Shown here piece after piece: positions 62,261 through 64,000 of a DNA stretch of 64,000 nucleotides. The stretch lies in assembly GCA_977016875.1 (NCBI GenBank), contig CDRNST010000233.1, forward strand, positions 4,402,001-4,466,000. The letters run 5' to 3'. The first letter of the stretch is position 1, and the number at the start of each line of letters is the position of its first letter. The translations under genes were made by a program, and so were the position numbers. Source of the DNA: Pavona decussata. Taxonomy: Eukaryota. A model generated the notes under the pieces. That model saw only the letters and a list, made by a program, of their open reading frames with translations. It did not search any database and was not told the DNA's origin.

Positions 62261-62643
62261 AGGGACAGTATCACGCTATTTTTAGTAACACATTGAAAAT
62301 CGGAAAGACGCTATTCGGTTGAAAGCAGCCAAGATATAATGACAAAATTCCATTAAAAGACTATCAGAATGCAAAGAAACCATCCACAGACATTTCCGCC
62401 GGCAGATGACCAAGATAGAGAGGGGTTCAAATTTGAAAACGTTTGGCGGACGTTTTCAAATTTCGCTGCTGTAACGCACTAAAAATCGCCGGTTGAACTA
62501 TATTTTGGTTCAACCTTTCGTCTCAGAATCACTATTAATATTTCTTTAGATTAGCGACTGAGATTTTAATTAACACAGTGTTCAAAGTTTAAATTTAGTG
62601 AATTTTGGCCAAAAATGATGATATCTCCCATGATACTGCCCCT
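62261..62643. mobile_element. TTAA-flanked Kolobok-like MITE
   Basis: TTAA|AGGGACAGTATCA ... TGATACTGCCCCT|TTAA. Confidence 0.7.
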
Positions 62644-64000
62644 TTAAGTAAACTCTCTTTCACGAATTAAAGATTGTTGGTAGGTAACGATTAATAGGTT
62701 CCACGCATGTTCTGTGCGTCAGTTTAAAATAACGTTAGTTCGCTATGTATCTTCTTTGATAATTTACTTGTGTATCTTACAGTTGTTTGCATTTGATGAG
62801 GTATCAGGAAGGTGTTTTAGAATTTTGTTATGGTTATAACAATGCTGCTTCCGGACAAACAAACTGGGCCAGTGAAAACAAACAAATTAGTGTTTTAGAT
62901 AAGATTAGTTAGCTATGTATCTTCTTAAATAAATAACTTGTGTATCTTACAGTTGTTTACCACGTTAAGTAGTTGATTTAATGAACAACTATGTCTTCAA
63001 TTTGTCTGGACTATAAGTTGTTAAGTACATTGATTTGATGAATGGCCTTATTTTCATTTCTAATGTGTTTTTAAAAGATTGCAGCAAACACATTTTATTC
63101 GTTGCAATTACCACTTTCCAATAATTTCAAAATCTTAAGAAAAATTAGCAAGTTAACCTTCCTTAATTCTTAATTTGTATATAATATTATTCTAAGTTAC
63201 TTGAATTTTTTTATTTTATAGTTATTTACTCCTCTACAATAGTTAACTTTTGGGATATAGACCTATTCGGCTAACGCAATGTTGTACCCAAACCTTTGGG
63301 GCATAAAATGTTTTGTTTTAAGTATTTCCATATCATTTAAATGAGAGTGCTACGTTATAATGCAAATGAAATAAACAAAGAATCTTAACCCCGGGGGATC
63401 TGCATTGGGTACAACATTGGGTTAACCGAATGGGTCTATTAGTGCATTTAATTCATATAAACTTTGATAAAAGGAGTGTATATTTCTCGTTTCATTTTAT
63501 CCAAACAAACAAAAAACTAAATGTTATGTGTTGCTGTTTGTATTATATCGTGGCTAAAACAGCTACAATTTATATATTTTTATTGAAAATTGACAAAATA
63601 AAATAACAGCAAAGGAAAACCATAATTTTTTTTGTTGAGTGTGGTTGGTGGGGATGTGTGGGGTATATGCTAGCACCGTCTTAAAAAAAAAATGATAGAC
63701 TGTTTGCAAAGAGAGGACACGCAGAGCGACTAGACTGGAAGGAAGAGAAAAAAAAAAACAAGAGAGAGAAAGTGAGAAAAAAAAAGAAATTGGGGTGAGG
63801 GGGGAGGTTGGCGGGGACGGGAAGGAGAGGTTCCCTTTCTTTTTCTTCTTCCCACCTCTCCCAAGTCCCCCTTTCGCTTGTTCGAGCCAGTTTTCTGTTT
63901 GTTTGCCCGGGAATTTCGGGCGCTCTCTAGACTATCCAAAAGGGACTGCCAGCAATCTAGAAGATTTAACAACGTGTAACCAGAAATGTTATATTAAACG

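Noticed and set aside
62735-62958. ~55-bp direct repeat pair
   Set aside because: Too short for LTRs, no TG..CA ends or coding interior; probably a local duplication.

Overview
Eukaryotic, AT-rich, intron-containing DNA. The repeat families and NLR style suggest a cnidarian, probably a stony coral (inference). Host genes: the 3' end of an unidentified gene (1-362), a ~22-finger C2H2 zinc-finger gene (minus strand), and a tandem duplication carrying two copies of an NLR-type immune gene whose N-terminal effector is a PNP_UDP_1/MTA-SAH-nucleosidase-like domain (PNP-NACHT-LRR). The copies are broken in opposite ways. Copy 1 has a 2-bp frameshift in the nucleosidase exon but an intact NACHT-LRR. 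Copy 2 has an intact nucleosidase, but its NACHT exon runs into a 24-bp minisatellite, after which lie two terminal exons of an unrelated gene. Most of the rest is transposon-derived: a 7.9-kb Sola3-like element, a 7.6-kb Kolobok-like element (transposase with an MBD-like N-terminal segment plus an intact convergent 4-exon accessory gene missed by the ORF track), a 3.2-kb EnSpm-like element, Crypton and LINE relics, many MITEs with readable target-site duplications, tRNA-derived SINEs, and two inverted-repeat Penelope-like relics carrying minimal hammerhead ribozyme motifs. All family assignments come from reading motifs by eye; no searches were run.
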